From: Horticoccus luteus
GTDB taxonomy: Bacteria > Verrucomicrobiota > Verrucomicrobiia > Opitutales > Opitutaceae
Direction: 5' to 3'
Assembly: GCF_019464535.1 (NCBI RefSeq)
Contig: NZ_CP080507.1
Location: 3,660,001-3,692,000 of the forward strand
Length of the DNA stretch: 32,000 nt
How positions within the stretch are numbered: the stretch's first letter is position 1; each line of letters begins with the position of its first letter. This document shows, one piece after another, positions 20,976 through 28,631 of this stretch. Under the pieces are notes generated by a model. The model saw nothing but the letters and a program-made list of their open reading frames with translations, was not told the origin of the DNA and made no database searches. A program made the position numbers and the translations under genes.

Positions 20976-23027
20976 TCAATCCGCGCGGATCAAACCCACA
21001 CCGTGAATCCACGGATAATCGGCGCCCGCTTTTTGCAACGTCACCGCAATCTCGCGTTCGCCCGTCGCCGCTGCCGGCAACGCGACTTCAAACGCCCCGT
21101 CCGCATCGTAAACGGCCTCAATCCGCCTGCCGTCCACACGAAGCACGAAGCCGGTCGATTTGTCGGCCCGTCCCTCGATGCGCAGGATCAACGCCGACGC
21201 CGGCCCGCGCAGCGTGCAGGTGATGAAGCCGTTGGGGAAAACACGGTTTCCTACGACGCGGCTCGGCCGGCCGTTCGCATGGGAATGACTCGCGTGCATA
21301 TAGCGCGTGACGCGATGGTCGTCGGTCAGCCCGCCGCACACGATATAGTCCACCACGCCCGGGCGCGCCCGCCAGCGCGCCCGCTCCGCCGCCTCCGCGC
21401 GATACTCCTCCTGCAGCAAACTCATGTGCGCCCACAGCGGGCGCGCATACGCTGAAGCAACGTCCTCCGGCTCCCGGTTGCCGTCGCCATATTCATGTTC
21501 GCTCGGTCCGGTCGGTTGACGCGTTACGATCACGTTGGCAAACGGCGCGAAGACCGGCCGCGCCGCGGCGATCGCCCGTTCGAGTCGCGGAGCATCCGCC
21601 TCTCCTGCCGCCAGGTCGTCGAAATACGCTGCCACGCACGCGCACCACGCACGGATCAACCGCGCGGCCACCGTCGCGTTCCGCCACGCCTCGTCGGCCA
21701 CGCGAAACTCTTCTGCGCTCAAGCGCGGGCGCAGCGTTTGCAACGTTCCCCAGCACTCATCCGCGATCGCGATCGCCTCGTCCTTTTCCTGCAGGATGGC
21801 CGCGCGCGACGCCGGGCTGCGTCGATCGCCGAGGATGCCCCACATGCCTTGGTGAGACGAAAGATCGGCCCCCGGCGTGAACAGCGAAAGGATGCCGCAG
21901 GCCTTCACCCACTTTAATTCCGGCTGAATGGGAAACGCGTGGAAGATCACGTTGCCATCGATGAAATGCAGCTTCTTCACCGCCTCGATGCCCCGGCGCA
22001 TGAGCCGCGTCATCTCCGCCGCGCACTCCGGCCAGTGCGCCTCCGCCCACGCCGACCACACCGATTCAGCGGTGGTGTGCGGGTCGAGGATCGCCCGCTC
22101 AAACGCCAGCAGGTTCACCGCCTGCGCCGACGCGAATACGGGATGACCGATGCGATCGATGCGAATCGCATGACGGTCGACGCCCTGCGCGCGCGCGAAA
22201 TTCACGGAGTCGATCACGCGCTGCGGGTCCGCTGCCGGCAGAAAACCCGCACCCAGAAACTCACCGATACTGTCGTATTCCGCCGACAGCGTCGCCGGTT
22301 TCTGCGCCCGCAAAAACGGATTGAATGGCAGGAAGGGACTGAAGTCGTAAGGCGTGATCTTCGTCTCCACCTCGAAGTGGAACTGCGCGCTCGCGCGCCT
22401 CGCGCCGGCGAGGATGTCTTCATAATCCTGCGCCACCGAGCCAAAGCTCCGCAGGATGAAACGCTTCCCCCGCCGCGCGAGCGCCTCGGCAAAAGTCGCG
22501 ATCACCCGCTCAATGACCAGCGCCGGCGGATAGCGCTCGGGGCCGGAATTGTGGATCACCGAGTAATTCGACTCCGTCAACGTCAGCACGAGGCCGTCCA
22601 TGCCGGGCACACGGTCGAAAAACTCCGCCACCTTCGAACGGATGAGCTCGTGGTAGGCGTTGCCCAGCAGATTAAACTCGCCGTTTTCGTCGAGCAGGCC
22701 CGGCACCGTCTCCACCACGATGCGCGGCACCATGACCTCCCGATGCCAATAATACACTGGCCGTCCCGATTCATGCGCCAAACGCACCGTTTCCACCAGT
22801 CGCCGAATGTTTTCTTCAATACCTGAAACGTCCAATTGCTCAGTCGCCGCGGGATAATCGCGGAACTGGATCGCGCCTTCGAGCCCACCCGTCCACGAAT
22901 GGCAGTCGCCGCAAATCTCGAAACTATCAACCTGGCACTTCGCAGCGGCAGCAATCACCGTCCACATATAGTCCGGATCCACCCGGGTCGGGTGCATGAT
23001 CGACCACGAAACTTCTGAAGACTTCAT
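20976..23027 (-). CDS. Cytoplasmic hypothetical protein (683 aa), family not recognised, possibly glycoside-hydrolase-like
   Basis: ATG 23027-23025 (MKSSEVSWSIMHPTRVDPDY...). No signal peptide. Long uninterrupted frame with protein-like composition. It is the first gene of an operon with the esterase-like protein and the symporter, and lies divergent from an AraC regulator. The C-terminal ~110 aa look like a beta-sandwich. I cannot name any motif with confidence. Confidence 0.75.
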   Translation of the reverse strand: MKSSEVSWSIMHPTRVDPDYMWTVIAAAAKCQVDSFEICGDCHSWTGGLEGAIQFRDYPAATEQLDVSGIEENIRRLVETVRLAHESGRPVYYWHREVMVPRIVVETVPGLLDENGEFNLLGNAYHELIRSKVAEFFDRVPGMDGLVLTLTESNYSVIHNSGPERYPPALVIERVIATFAEALARRGKRFILRSFGSVAQDYEDILAGARRASAQFHFEVETKITPYDFSPFLPFNPFLRAQKPATLSAEYDSIGEFLGAGFLPAADPQRVIDSVNFARAQGVDRHAIRIDRIGHPVFASAQAVNLLAFERAILDPHTTAESVWSAWAEAHWPECAAEMTRLMRRGIEAVKKLHFIDGNVIFHAFPIQPELKWVKACGILSLFTPGADLSSHQGMWGILGDRRSPASRAAILQEKDEAIAIADECWGTLQTLRPRLSAEEFRVADEAWRNATVAARLIRAWCACVAAYFDDLAAGEADAPRLERAIAAARPVFAPFANVIVTRQPTGPSEHEYGDGNREPEDVASAYARPLWAHMSLLQEEYRAEAAERARWRARPGVVDYIVCGGLTDDHRVTRYMHASHSHANGRPSRVVGNRVFPNGFITCTLRGPASALILRIEGRADKSTGFVLRVDGRRIEAVYDADGAFEVALPAAATGEREIAVTLQKAGADYPWIHGVGLIRAD

Positions 23028-23246
23028 GCGGCGCGCAGGGTCGGAGAACGAACGTCAATTGGTAGACGGGCTGGAAGAGGCGCGCGTCATTGGAGCGGCG
23101 CGTCCACACGTTTCCGTTTGGCCAGACAGGGCAACGGTCGTCTGCACCAAGTATTCCATGCCTCCACTCCGGATTTAAACTCCCGTCTCTCACAGTGGCG
23201 AGGTGCTTGAAAAACCATGCTGGCAACGTCCGGCCTGGAAAGAGGG

Positions 23247-23276
23247 GAGCAATTCATTTCTCCCAGCGAATTGCTC
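23247..23276. promoter_or_regulatory. 9-bp perfect inverted repeat in the divergent promoter region
   Basis: gagcaattc (23247-23255), a 12-nt spacer, then gaattgctc (23268-23276). It lies between the operon start (23027) and the AraC start (23361/23442). Confidence 0.25.
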
Positions 23277-23312
23277 GCTTTGACGTAATCTGCTTGATCG
23301 GCCCCGCGTCTC

Positions 23313-23326
23313 TTTTGAAGTCAAAA
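23313..23326. promoter_or_regulatory. 14-bp AT-rich palindrome upstream of the AraC gene
   Basis: ttttga-ag-tcaaaa (23313-23326). Confidence 0.2.
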
Positions 23327-23360
23327 TCTCCGGCAACGAAACGCCTCCCTTGAGTGTCGT

Positions 23361-24281
23361 GTGACCGCCCGCTCCTGCACCTACGTTCGCTGTTCAATCT
23401 CACCTCGCCGTGTCTCAAACCGCTTCAGCTCACTTCGTCTCTTGAATCTCGATTTTGAGCGCAAATTAACCCTCCCGCCACGCGACCGGGCGCATTGGCA
23501 CGCCCCCGCGGCCCACCCCGGTCCGTTGCTGTATCTTGCGTGGGGACAACGCCAATACGGACTTTCGCCCATCCCCGTGACGCGGCACGAGGGATGGGTT
23601 TATGCGGCCATTGAGTCGGGCACGCCAACCCTCGTGCGTGCGAACCATCGGGACTCGGTCCGCGCAAAGACTATCCTGATTCTCGGACCCGAATGTGCGT
23701 TCGGTTGGGCGGACGAAGGCGAGAAGACCAGCCGCTTATTGGTCAGTACCTGGCGGGCGCCCTTGCTGACGCCGCTGGCAAAATTGCCCGCAAATGCCGC
23801 TCTGCAGTTCAGCTTTTCCCCGGCCGAACTCGGCGAATGGCAGCGGCTTCACGCGCTGTGCCGGATCGAAGCACGCCGAGATGACGACCAGACGGCGCGT
23901 GTTCTCAACGCCCTGCAAATCCTCATCGAAGCGCAGCTCGTGCGCTTAGGCGTGGAGAAGAGAAATGCGTTTGGCGACGAATTGCTGGCGCAGGCGCTCG
24001 AGTGGATCGGCGCGCATTTGGAAACCCGTCAACCGCTGGCCCGGCTCGCCGACTATCTTGGTGTGTCATCCGCCACAGTGCAGCGCATGTTCGACGAACG
24101 CCTTGGTGCGTCTGTCATGAAAGTGGTGGCTGACCTGCGTCGTCGCGAGGCCGATCGGATGCTCGCGCAGAAAGGCACGACGATCAAGGAAGTCGCCTTC
24201 CGCCTGGGCTATAGCCATCCCCACGACTTTAGCCGCGCCTACCAAAAGCAAACCGGCCGCCCGCCGAAATCGGCGAAATAG
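23361..24281 (+). CDS. AraC/XylS-family transcriptional regulator
   Basis: The C-terminal dual HTH reads LARLADYLGVSSATVQRMFDERLG ... IKEVAFRLGYSHPHDFSRAYQKQTGRPP. TAG 24279-24281. The start is uncertain: the ORF track uses GTG 23361, and an in-frame TTG at 23442 (LNLDFERK...) is an alternative. The gene is divergent from the 23027 operon. Confidence 0.85.
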   Translation: MTARSCTYVRCSISPRRVSNRFSSLRLLNLDFERKLTLPPRDRAHWHAPAAHPGPLLYLAWGQRQYGLSPIPVTRHEGWVYAAIESGTPTLVRANHRDSVRAKTILILGPECAFGWADEGEKTSRLLVSTWRAPLLTPLAKLPANAALQFSFSPAELGEWQRLHALCRIEARRDDDQTARVLNALQILIEAQLVRLGVEKRNAFGDELLAQALEWIGAHLETRQPLARLADYLGVSSATVQRMFDERLGASVMKVVADLRRREADRMLAQKGTTIKEVAFRLGYSHPHDFSRAYQKQTGRPPKSAK

Positions 24282-24456
24282 CGTTCTTTCAGCGCGGCAC
24301 CGGATATTCCTCCGCGGAATGCGCTGGCGCACCGAGCGCCGCATCCCTGCCGCACTGGGTTCGCCGACGCACGCGCCTCGCTGACGGACGCCCGTTCCGA
24401 TTTCTCGGGTTGACAACGTCACCTGCCATCCCACCGTGAACCCTCCACATTTCCGC

Positions 24457-24651
24457 ATGAGCACTTCCGACCAATCGCAGCACACCCCGACGCCCGCCGA
24501 GATCTCTTTCACGACGCCTCAAATGATGAGCCGCTACGTGACCGATACCGGCAAGATCCTTCCCCGCAAATACACGGGGCTCTCGGCCAAGCATCAGCGC
24601 GCCGTCACGCGGACGATCAAGCATTCGCGCAATCTCCTGTTGGCGCTGTAA
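24457..24651 (+). CDS. rpsR: 30S ribosomal protein S18 (short form, 64 aa)
   Basis: ISFTTPQMMSRYVTDTGKILPRKYTGLSAKHQRAVTRTIKHSRNLLLAL aligns with the conserved S18 core (E. coli ...[50 protein letters not shown]). ATG 24457 is preferred to GTG 24436. TAA 24649-24651. Confidence 0.85.
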   Translation: MSTSDQSQHTPTPAEISFTTPQMMSRYVTDTGKILPRKYTGLSAKHQRAVTRTIKHSRNLLLAL

Positions 24652-24675
24652 TACGCCGCAAGCACGTCTTCGTAA

Positions 24676-24702
24676 GGCCGGAGCCTGCCTCCGGCCTTTT
24701 TT
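24676..24702 (+). terminator. Rho-independent terminator after rpsR
   Basis: ggccggag (24676-24683), loop cctgc, ctccggcc (24689-24696), then T6 (24697-24702). Confidence 0.85.
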
Positions 24703-24707
24703 GTGCC

Positions 24708-25718
24708 ATGGCATCCCGCACTACGGCCCGCATCTATCGGGGGACCCCACGAAACCTTCGCCGTCTCGCCAACGCGCTGCGTGCGGGGGAACTCGTGGCT
24801 GTCCCGACGGAAACGGTTTATGGACTGGCGGCCAACGTTTGGGACTTCCGCGCCTGCGCCAACGTGTTCGAGGCCAAGGGACGCCCCAGCACCGACCCGT
24901 TGATCGTCCACATCCGGCTGCTTGGAGAGCTCCACGAAGTCGCCGTGGCGAACGACGCTGCTCTAGCACTGGCGCGCGCGTTCTGGCCCGGGCCGCTCAC
25001 GCTCATCCTTCCGAAGCGGGCGACCGTGCCTGACATCGCCACTGCCGGGCTTCCGAGTGTCGCCGTGCGGATGCCGGCCCATCCGCTCTTTCGGCGTTTG
25101 CTGAAAGCGGCCGACGTTCCGCTGGCGGCACCCAGCGCGAATCGTTTTGGCTATATCAGCCCGACGACGGCCCTCCATGTGCAGGAGGGGCTCGGACAAC
25201 ACATCCGATACATTCTCGATGGCGGCAGCGCGGCCATCGGACTTGAATCAACGATCGTCGATCTCCGGAACCCGCGGCAACCACGCGTGCTTCGACCGGG
25301 TGCGATATCCGCCGCGCAGATCTCGGCCGTGCTCAAGAGGCCGGTGCGGACGAAACATGGTCAACCCTCAGCGGCGTCGGCCGCAGCTCAAGTTTCACCG
25401 GGGCAGATGCTTCGCCACTACAGCCCGCGGACGCCTTTGACTCTCCATTCCAGCCTCACTCTCGAGGCTGCCCGACGCGCGCCTCACGAAGCATGGATAT
25501 TTTTGCGCACGCCGGCGGGCCTCCGAAAGGGCGACGCTAATATTCGCAGTTTCAGCCGGCGGGGGACCTTGGAGGAAGTGGCCCACCGGTTGTTTGCCAT
25601 TCTGCGCGAAGTCGACGCCGGGCGCTGGCGTGCGATTCACGCCGAACTACCGCTGCCGGATGCCGGCGACCTCGCTGCAGCGATCCGCGACCGATTGCAT
25701 CGGGCCGCGGCCCGATAG
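24708..25718 (+). CDS. tsaC: L-threonylcarbamoyladenylate synthase, Sua5/YwlC type (YrdC domain + Sua5 C-terminal domain), 336 aa
   Basis: GELVAVPTETVYGLAANVWD...VFEAKGRPSTDPLIVHI...FWPGPLTLILP...VAVRMPAHP...APSANRFGYISPTTA is the YrdC/Sua5 signature. The ~130-aa C-terminal extension fits the Sua5 type. TAG 25716-25718. Confidence 0.9.
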   Translation: MASRTTARIYRGTPRNLRRLANALRAGELVAVPTETVYGLAANVWDFRACANVFEAKGRPSTDPLIVHIRLLGELHEVAVANDAALALARAFWPGPLTLILPKRATVPDIATAGLPSVAVRMPAHPLFRRLLKAADVPLAAPSANRFGYISPTTALHVQEGLGQHIRYILDGGSAAIGLESTIVDLRNPRQPRVLRPGAISAAQISAVLKRPVRTKHGQPSAASAAAQVSPGQMLRHYSPRTPLTLHSSLTLEAARRAPHEAWIFLRTPAGLRKGDANIRSFSRRGTLEEVAHRLFAILREVDAGRWRAIHAELPLPDAGDLAAAIRDRLHRAAAR

Positions 25719-25722
25719 GGTT

Positions 25723-27924
25723 TCAGGATTTGCTGTTTTCCTCTTTCGCCATCACGACGTAATAGTCTTTGTAAGACCGGTCGTAATATTGGGCGTAATA
25801 GTATCCCGAAATCGCCAGGTTCAACCCATTCAGCACAGCGCCAAAGCACGGCACGTTGGCTTCCAGGAGCCGCTTCGCGCAAAACTGGGCCGATTTCCGA
25901 CGCACTTTGTTGAAGAAGATTGTGAAGAGAGAGCCGTCCACCAAAGGAAGGATCACCAAAGCATCGCTGACGGCGGCGAGCGGCGGCGTATCGACAAACA
26001 CCCGATCATAGCGTTTGCGCAACTCGGCGATCATCGCGTCGAAGTTTTTGCTGTTGAGAATTTGCGTCGGGTTCTTCGCCCGGCCACCCGCCGGCAGTAC
26101 GTCCAGATTGGGATGCACCCCGCGAACGATTCCTTCATCCAGCGAAATGGTTCCGGCGACGACATCGATGACGCCCTTCAAGTTCTCCAACTGAAACGAC
26201 TTGTGGATGTTCGGTTTGCGCAAATCGCAGTCGATGATGATAACCTTCTCGCCGTGCGCCGCAAAGGTGAGAGCGAGATTTGAAGAGAGGAACGATTTTC
26301 CTTCGCCCGGAATCGTGCTGGTCGTGAGGAAACACTTCGCATTTTTACTCTCATCCTTGAGCCGCAGGCTGGAATGAAGCGTTAGAAAAGCTTCGGAAAC
26401 CGAGCGATCCGCCTGGTTGATGGCAACCTGCGCCTTTTCAACGGGCGAGAGGTTTTTTAATTCGGGAATGATACCAACGATCGGGAGGCCGATCACCGAT
26501 TCAATATCGAACGAGCTCTTTACCCGGTCATCGATGAACGCGACCAAAAAGGCAAACGTGAGGCCCAGGCCCACGCCGCCCACCGCGCCCAAGGCGAGGT
26601 TCAAAATGACGTTGGGTGACGCCGGCAAATCCGGAACGCCCGCCTTGTCGACCAGACGAGCATTCTGCGTTTCGAGCGTGCTGCTCATCGACGTTTCGCG
26701 CATCCGCGCCATCGTGGACTGGAAGATCTGCTCGTTGACGCTCAATTCACGGTCCAAATTGGAATACTCCACCGCGTAGCGATCGATTTCGAGCGACTCC
26801 GCCTCCTGCGCGGCCAACTGCGCCCTCGCCTCTTTTTCGGATTGCGCGGCGGATTGATACTCCGCCTCCACGGAAGCCGCCACTTGGGCTACCGCACGCT
26901 TCAATTCGTCCTGCGTTTGCCGAAGAGAATTTTGCGCCTCGATCATCTTGGGATGCTTGGCGCGGTAGCGGTTGCTCAGTTCCGCGATGGTGATGTTTTG
27001 GGCCGCAATCCGCTGCACCAGCTGGGCAATCAATGGCTGGGACGAGACAAACGGCAGATCGACCAAATCGCCGTTGTTCGCGATTCGCTGCTTAACTTGG
27101 TTGAGACGCACCTCCGCGTCTTTCGTCCGTGCGGTCGCCTGCGTGAGGTAAACGCTCAGCGTTTTCAGCTTCTCGGTTACGATGTCTTTGCGTTGATCCA
27201 GCGAAACCATGTTTCGCTTTTCGCGGTATGCCTGCAACCGGCCGGCAATTTCCTCGACCTTCTTGCGTTGCTGCTCTGCCCGGACCTTGAGGTCCTCGAC
27301 CGCCTTCATCGATTCCTCAATGCGCACCCGAGCGTTATAAGTGATAAATTCTTCTACGAAGAGATTCGCCACCTTCGCCGCCATCTGGCGGTTGGGATGC
27401 CGATATTGCACGAACACGAACAGGCTCAGGCGTTGCGGGATGATTTTCCGGTTATCGAGCAGGATGGCGACCGGCGTCAGCACTTCACCTCCGGCCGATT
27501 TCTCGTACGGGGCAAGAAAATCGCGGAGATCGGCGCCCGTCAGCCGTTCGGCGACGCGCTGGGCAATGGCGGTGCTTTCCAGCACCTTCATCTGCGTATT
27601 CAGATCTTCGGCATTGCGGATATCATTATCCACCACCGCCTGCACCTGCATGATATTCGGGTCGCGCCGGAAGAGCTGGATCGTCGCGACTGACTCGTAA
27701 ATCTTGGTTTGATTAAGCGTGTAAACCAAGACCGATGAAAAGACGACGAAGAATACGACAATGATATACCAGATGCGCTCGCGCAGAATCAACAGGTAGT
27801 CGCGAAAGGCGCGCTGATGGGTCGCACCGTCATTATTGCCATATCCGTAGCCGTAACCGGGTACAGAATATCCGTAGCCATGTTGACCACCGTCTTGTTT
27901 GATGTCTTTCGGCGCTGAGTCCAT
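25723..27924 (-). CDS. Polysaccharide co-polymerase / tyrosine autokinase (Wzc/EpsB/GumC-like, PCP-2a), 733 aa
   Basis: The N-terminal Wzz-like region has a TM helix (IWYIIVVFFVVFSSVLVY), a long coiled-coil periplasmic domain and a second TM helix (VILNLALGAVGGVGLGLTFAFLVAFI). The C-terminal P-loop kinase has Walker A PGEGKSF, Walker A' VIIIDCDLRKP and Walker B VFVDTPP. The C-terminal Tyr cluster is GYYYAQYYDRSYKDYYV. ATG 27924-27922, TGA 25725-25723. Confidence 0.9.
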   Translation of the reverse strand: MDSAPKDIKQDGGQHGYGYSVPGYGYGYGNNDGATHQRAFRDYLLILRERIWYIIVVFFVVFSSVLVYTLNQTKIYESVATIQLFRRDPNIMQVQAVVDNDIRNAEDLNTQMKVLESTAIAQRVAERLTGADLRDFLAPYEKSAGGEVLTPVAILLDNRKIIPQRLSLFVFVQYRHPNRQMAAKVANLFVEEFITYNARVRIEESMKAVEDLKVRAEQQRKKVEEIAGRLQAYREKRNMVSLDQRKDIVTEKLKTLSVYLTQATARTKDAEVRLNQVKQRIANNGDLVDLPFVSSQPLIAQLVQRIAAQNITIAELSNRYRAKHPKMIEAQNSLRQTQDELKRAVAQVAASVEAEYQSAAQSEKEARAQLAAQEAESLEIDRYAVEYSNLDRELSVNEQIFQSTMARMRETSMSSTLETQNARLVDKAGVPDLPASPNVILNLALGAVGGVGLGLTFAFLVAFIDDRVKSSFDIESVIGLPIVGIIPELKNLSPVEKAQVAINQADRSVSEAFLTLHSSLRLKDESKNAKCFLTTSTIPGEGKSFLSSNLALTFAAHGEKVIIIDCDLRKPNIHKSFQLENLKGVIDVVAGTISLDEGIVRGVHPNLDVLPAGGRAKNPTQILNSKNFDAMIAELRKRYDRVFVDTPPLAAVSDALVILPLVDGSLFTIFFNKVRRKSAQFCAKRLLEANVPCFGAVLNGLNLAISGYYYAQYYDRSYKDYYVVMAKEENSKS

Positions 27925-27935
27925 GGAGCCAGATA

Positions 27936-28562
27936 TTAAAGTATACGTTCAGGAACAAACACAGTGTCGTCTTTGGTCAGGACCCACTGATCGCTCGTCG
28001 CCCCTTGAATGAGATCGTCCGCGTTGATGGTGAAGTTTTCCACCCGACCGTCCGGACGCGCACGCGTCAGTTTGACATGCTTTCGGTCCGCCAGCCGGGT
28101 AAAACCGCCGGCGAGCGAAATGGCGTCCAAAAGATTCAATCCCTTTTCTTGGGGAAATTGGATTGCGCCGGGACTGTTGACCATGCCGAGCACATTCACG
28201 GTGCGATGACCGTAGTCCAAGACGATGACGTTGATCTGCGGGTTCACCAAATAGTCACGATCATACAGTTGGCGTACGTTCTCCTCGATATCGCGCACCG
28301 TGCGCCCCAAAACGTTGACGTTGCCGATCAGCGGCAAACTAATCGTCATGTCTTGCGAGACCCGGACGTCACGAGTCAGGTCATCCTCTTGGAAAACCTG
28401 GACGCGCAACAGATCCGAGGCGTGAACAATATAGTCAGCCGACGTCGCCGTTTCAGACGCGGCGGGAGCGGCAGTCGCCGGCGCCGATGCAGGTGCAGCT
28501 CGCAGGTTGAGCAAGCCGACAGAAAACGCCGCTAATGCAATCAAATGGTGATAAAAGCGCAT
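27936..28562 (-). CDS. Polysaccharide export protein (Wza/Poly_export + SLBB-like), about 208 aa
   Basis: YIVHASDLLRVQVFQEDDLTRDVRVSQDMTISLPLIGNVNVLGRTVRDIEENVRQLY..DYLVNPQINVIVLDY..RTVNVLGMVNSPGAIQFP...LNLLDAISLAGGFT matches the Poly_export pattern. ATG 28562-28560 (MRFYHHLIALAAFSVGLLNLRAAPA) is preferred to the TTG at 28571, which sits in a T-run. TAA 27938-27936. Confidence 0.85.
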   Translation of the reverse strand: MRFYHHLIALAAFSVGLLNLRAAPASAPATAAPAASETATSADYIVHASDLLRVQVFQEDDLTRDVRVSQDMTISLPLIGNVNVLGRTVRDIEENVRQLYDRDYLVNPQINVIVLDYGHRTVNVLGMVNSPGAIQFPQEKGLNLLDAISLAGGFTRLADRKHVKLTRARPDGRVENFTINADDLIQGATSDQWVLTKDDTVFVPERIL

Positions 28563-28569
28563 GGGAGAC

Positions 28570-28601
28570 AAAAAAGGAAGAAGACCGCGAGGTCTTCTTC
28601 C
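28570..28601 (-). terminator. Intrinsic-terminator-like hairpin + T6 between the beta-barrel gene and the wza-like gene
   Basis: On the minus strand: GGAAGAAGACC (28601-28591), loop TCGC, GGTCTTCTTCC (28586-28576), then TTTTTT (28575-28570). The stem is 11 bp and perfect. The hairpin begins 30 nt after the upstream stop. Confidence 0.7.
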
Positions 28602-28631
28602 ATGGAAGGCAAATCAACGCCTCGCAACAAT

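Noticed and set aside
21939-22826. 295-aa plus-strand ORF opposite the 683-aa gene
   Set aside because: It is Arg-rich shadow-frame composition. It is shorter than the minus-strand frame and nested within it.
24410-24438. TTGACA at 24410-24415 as the -35 box of an rpsR promoter
   Set aside because: No acceptable -10 hexamer lies 16-18 nt downstream (accgtg/caccgt), and promoter consensus in this lineage is uncertain.
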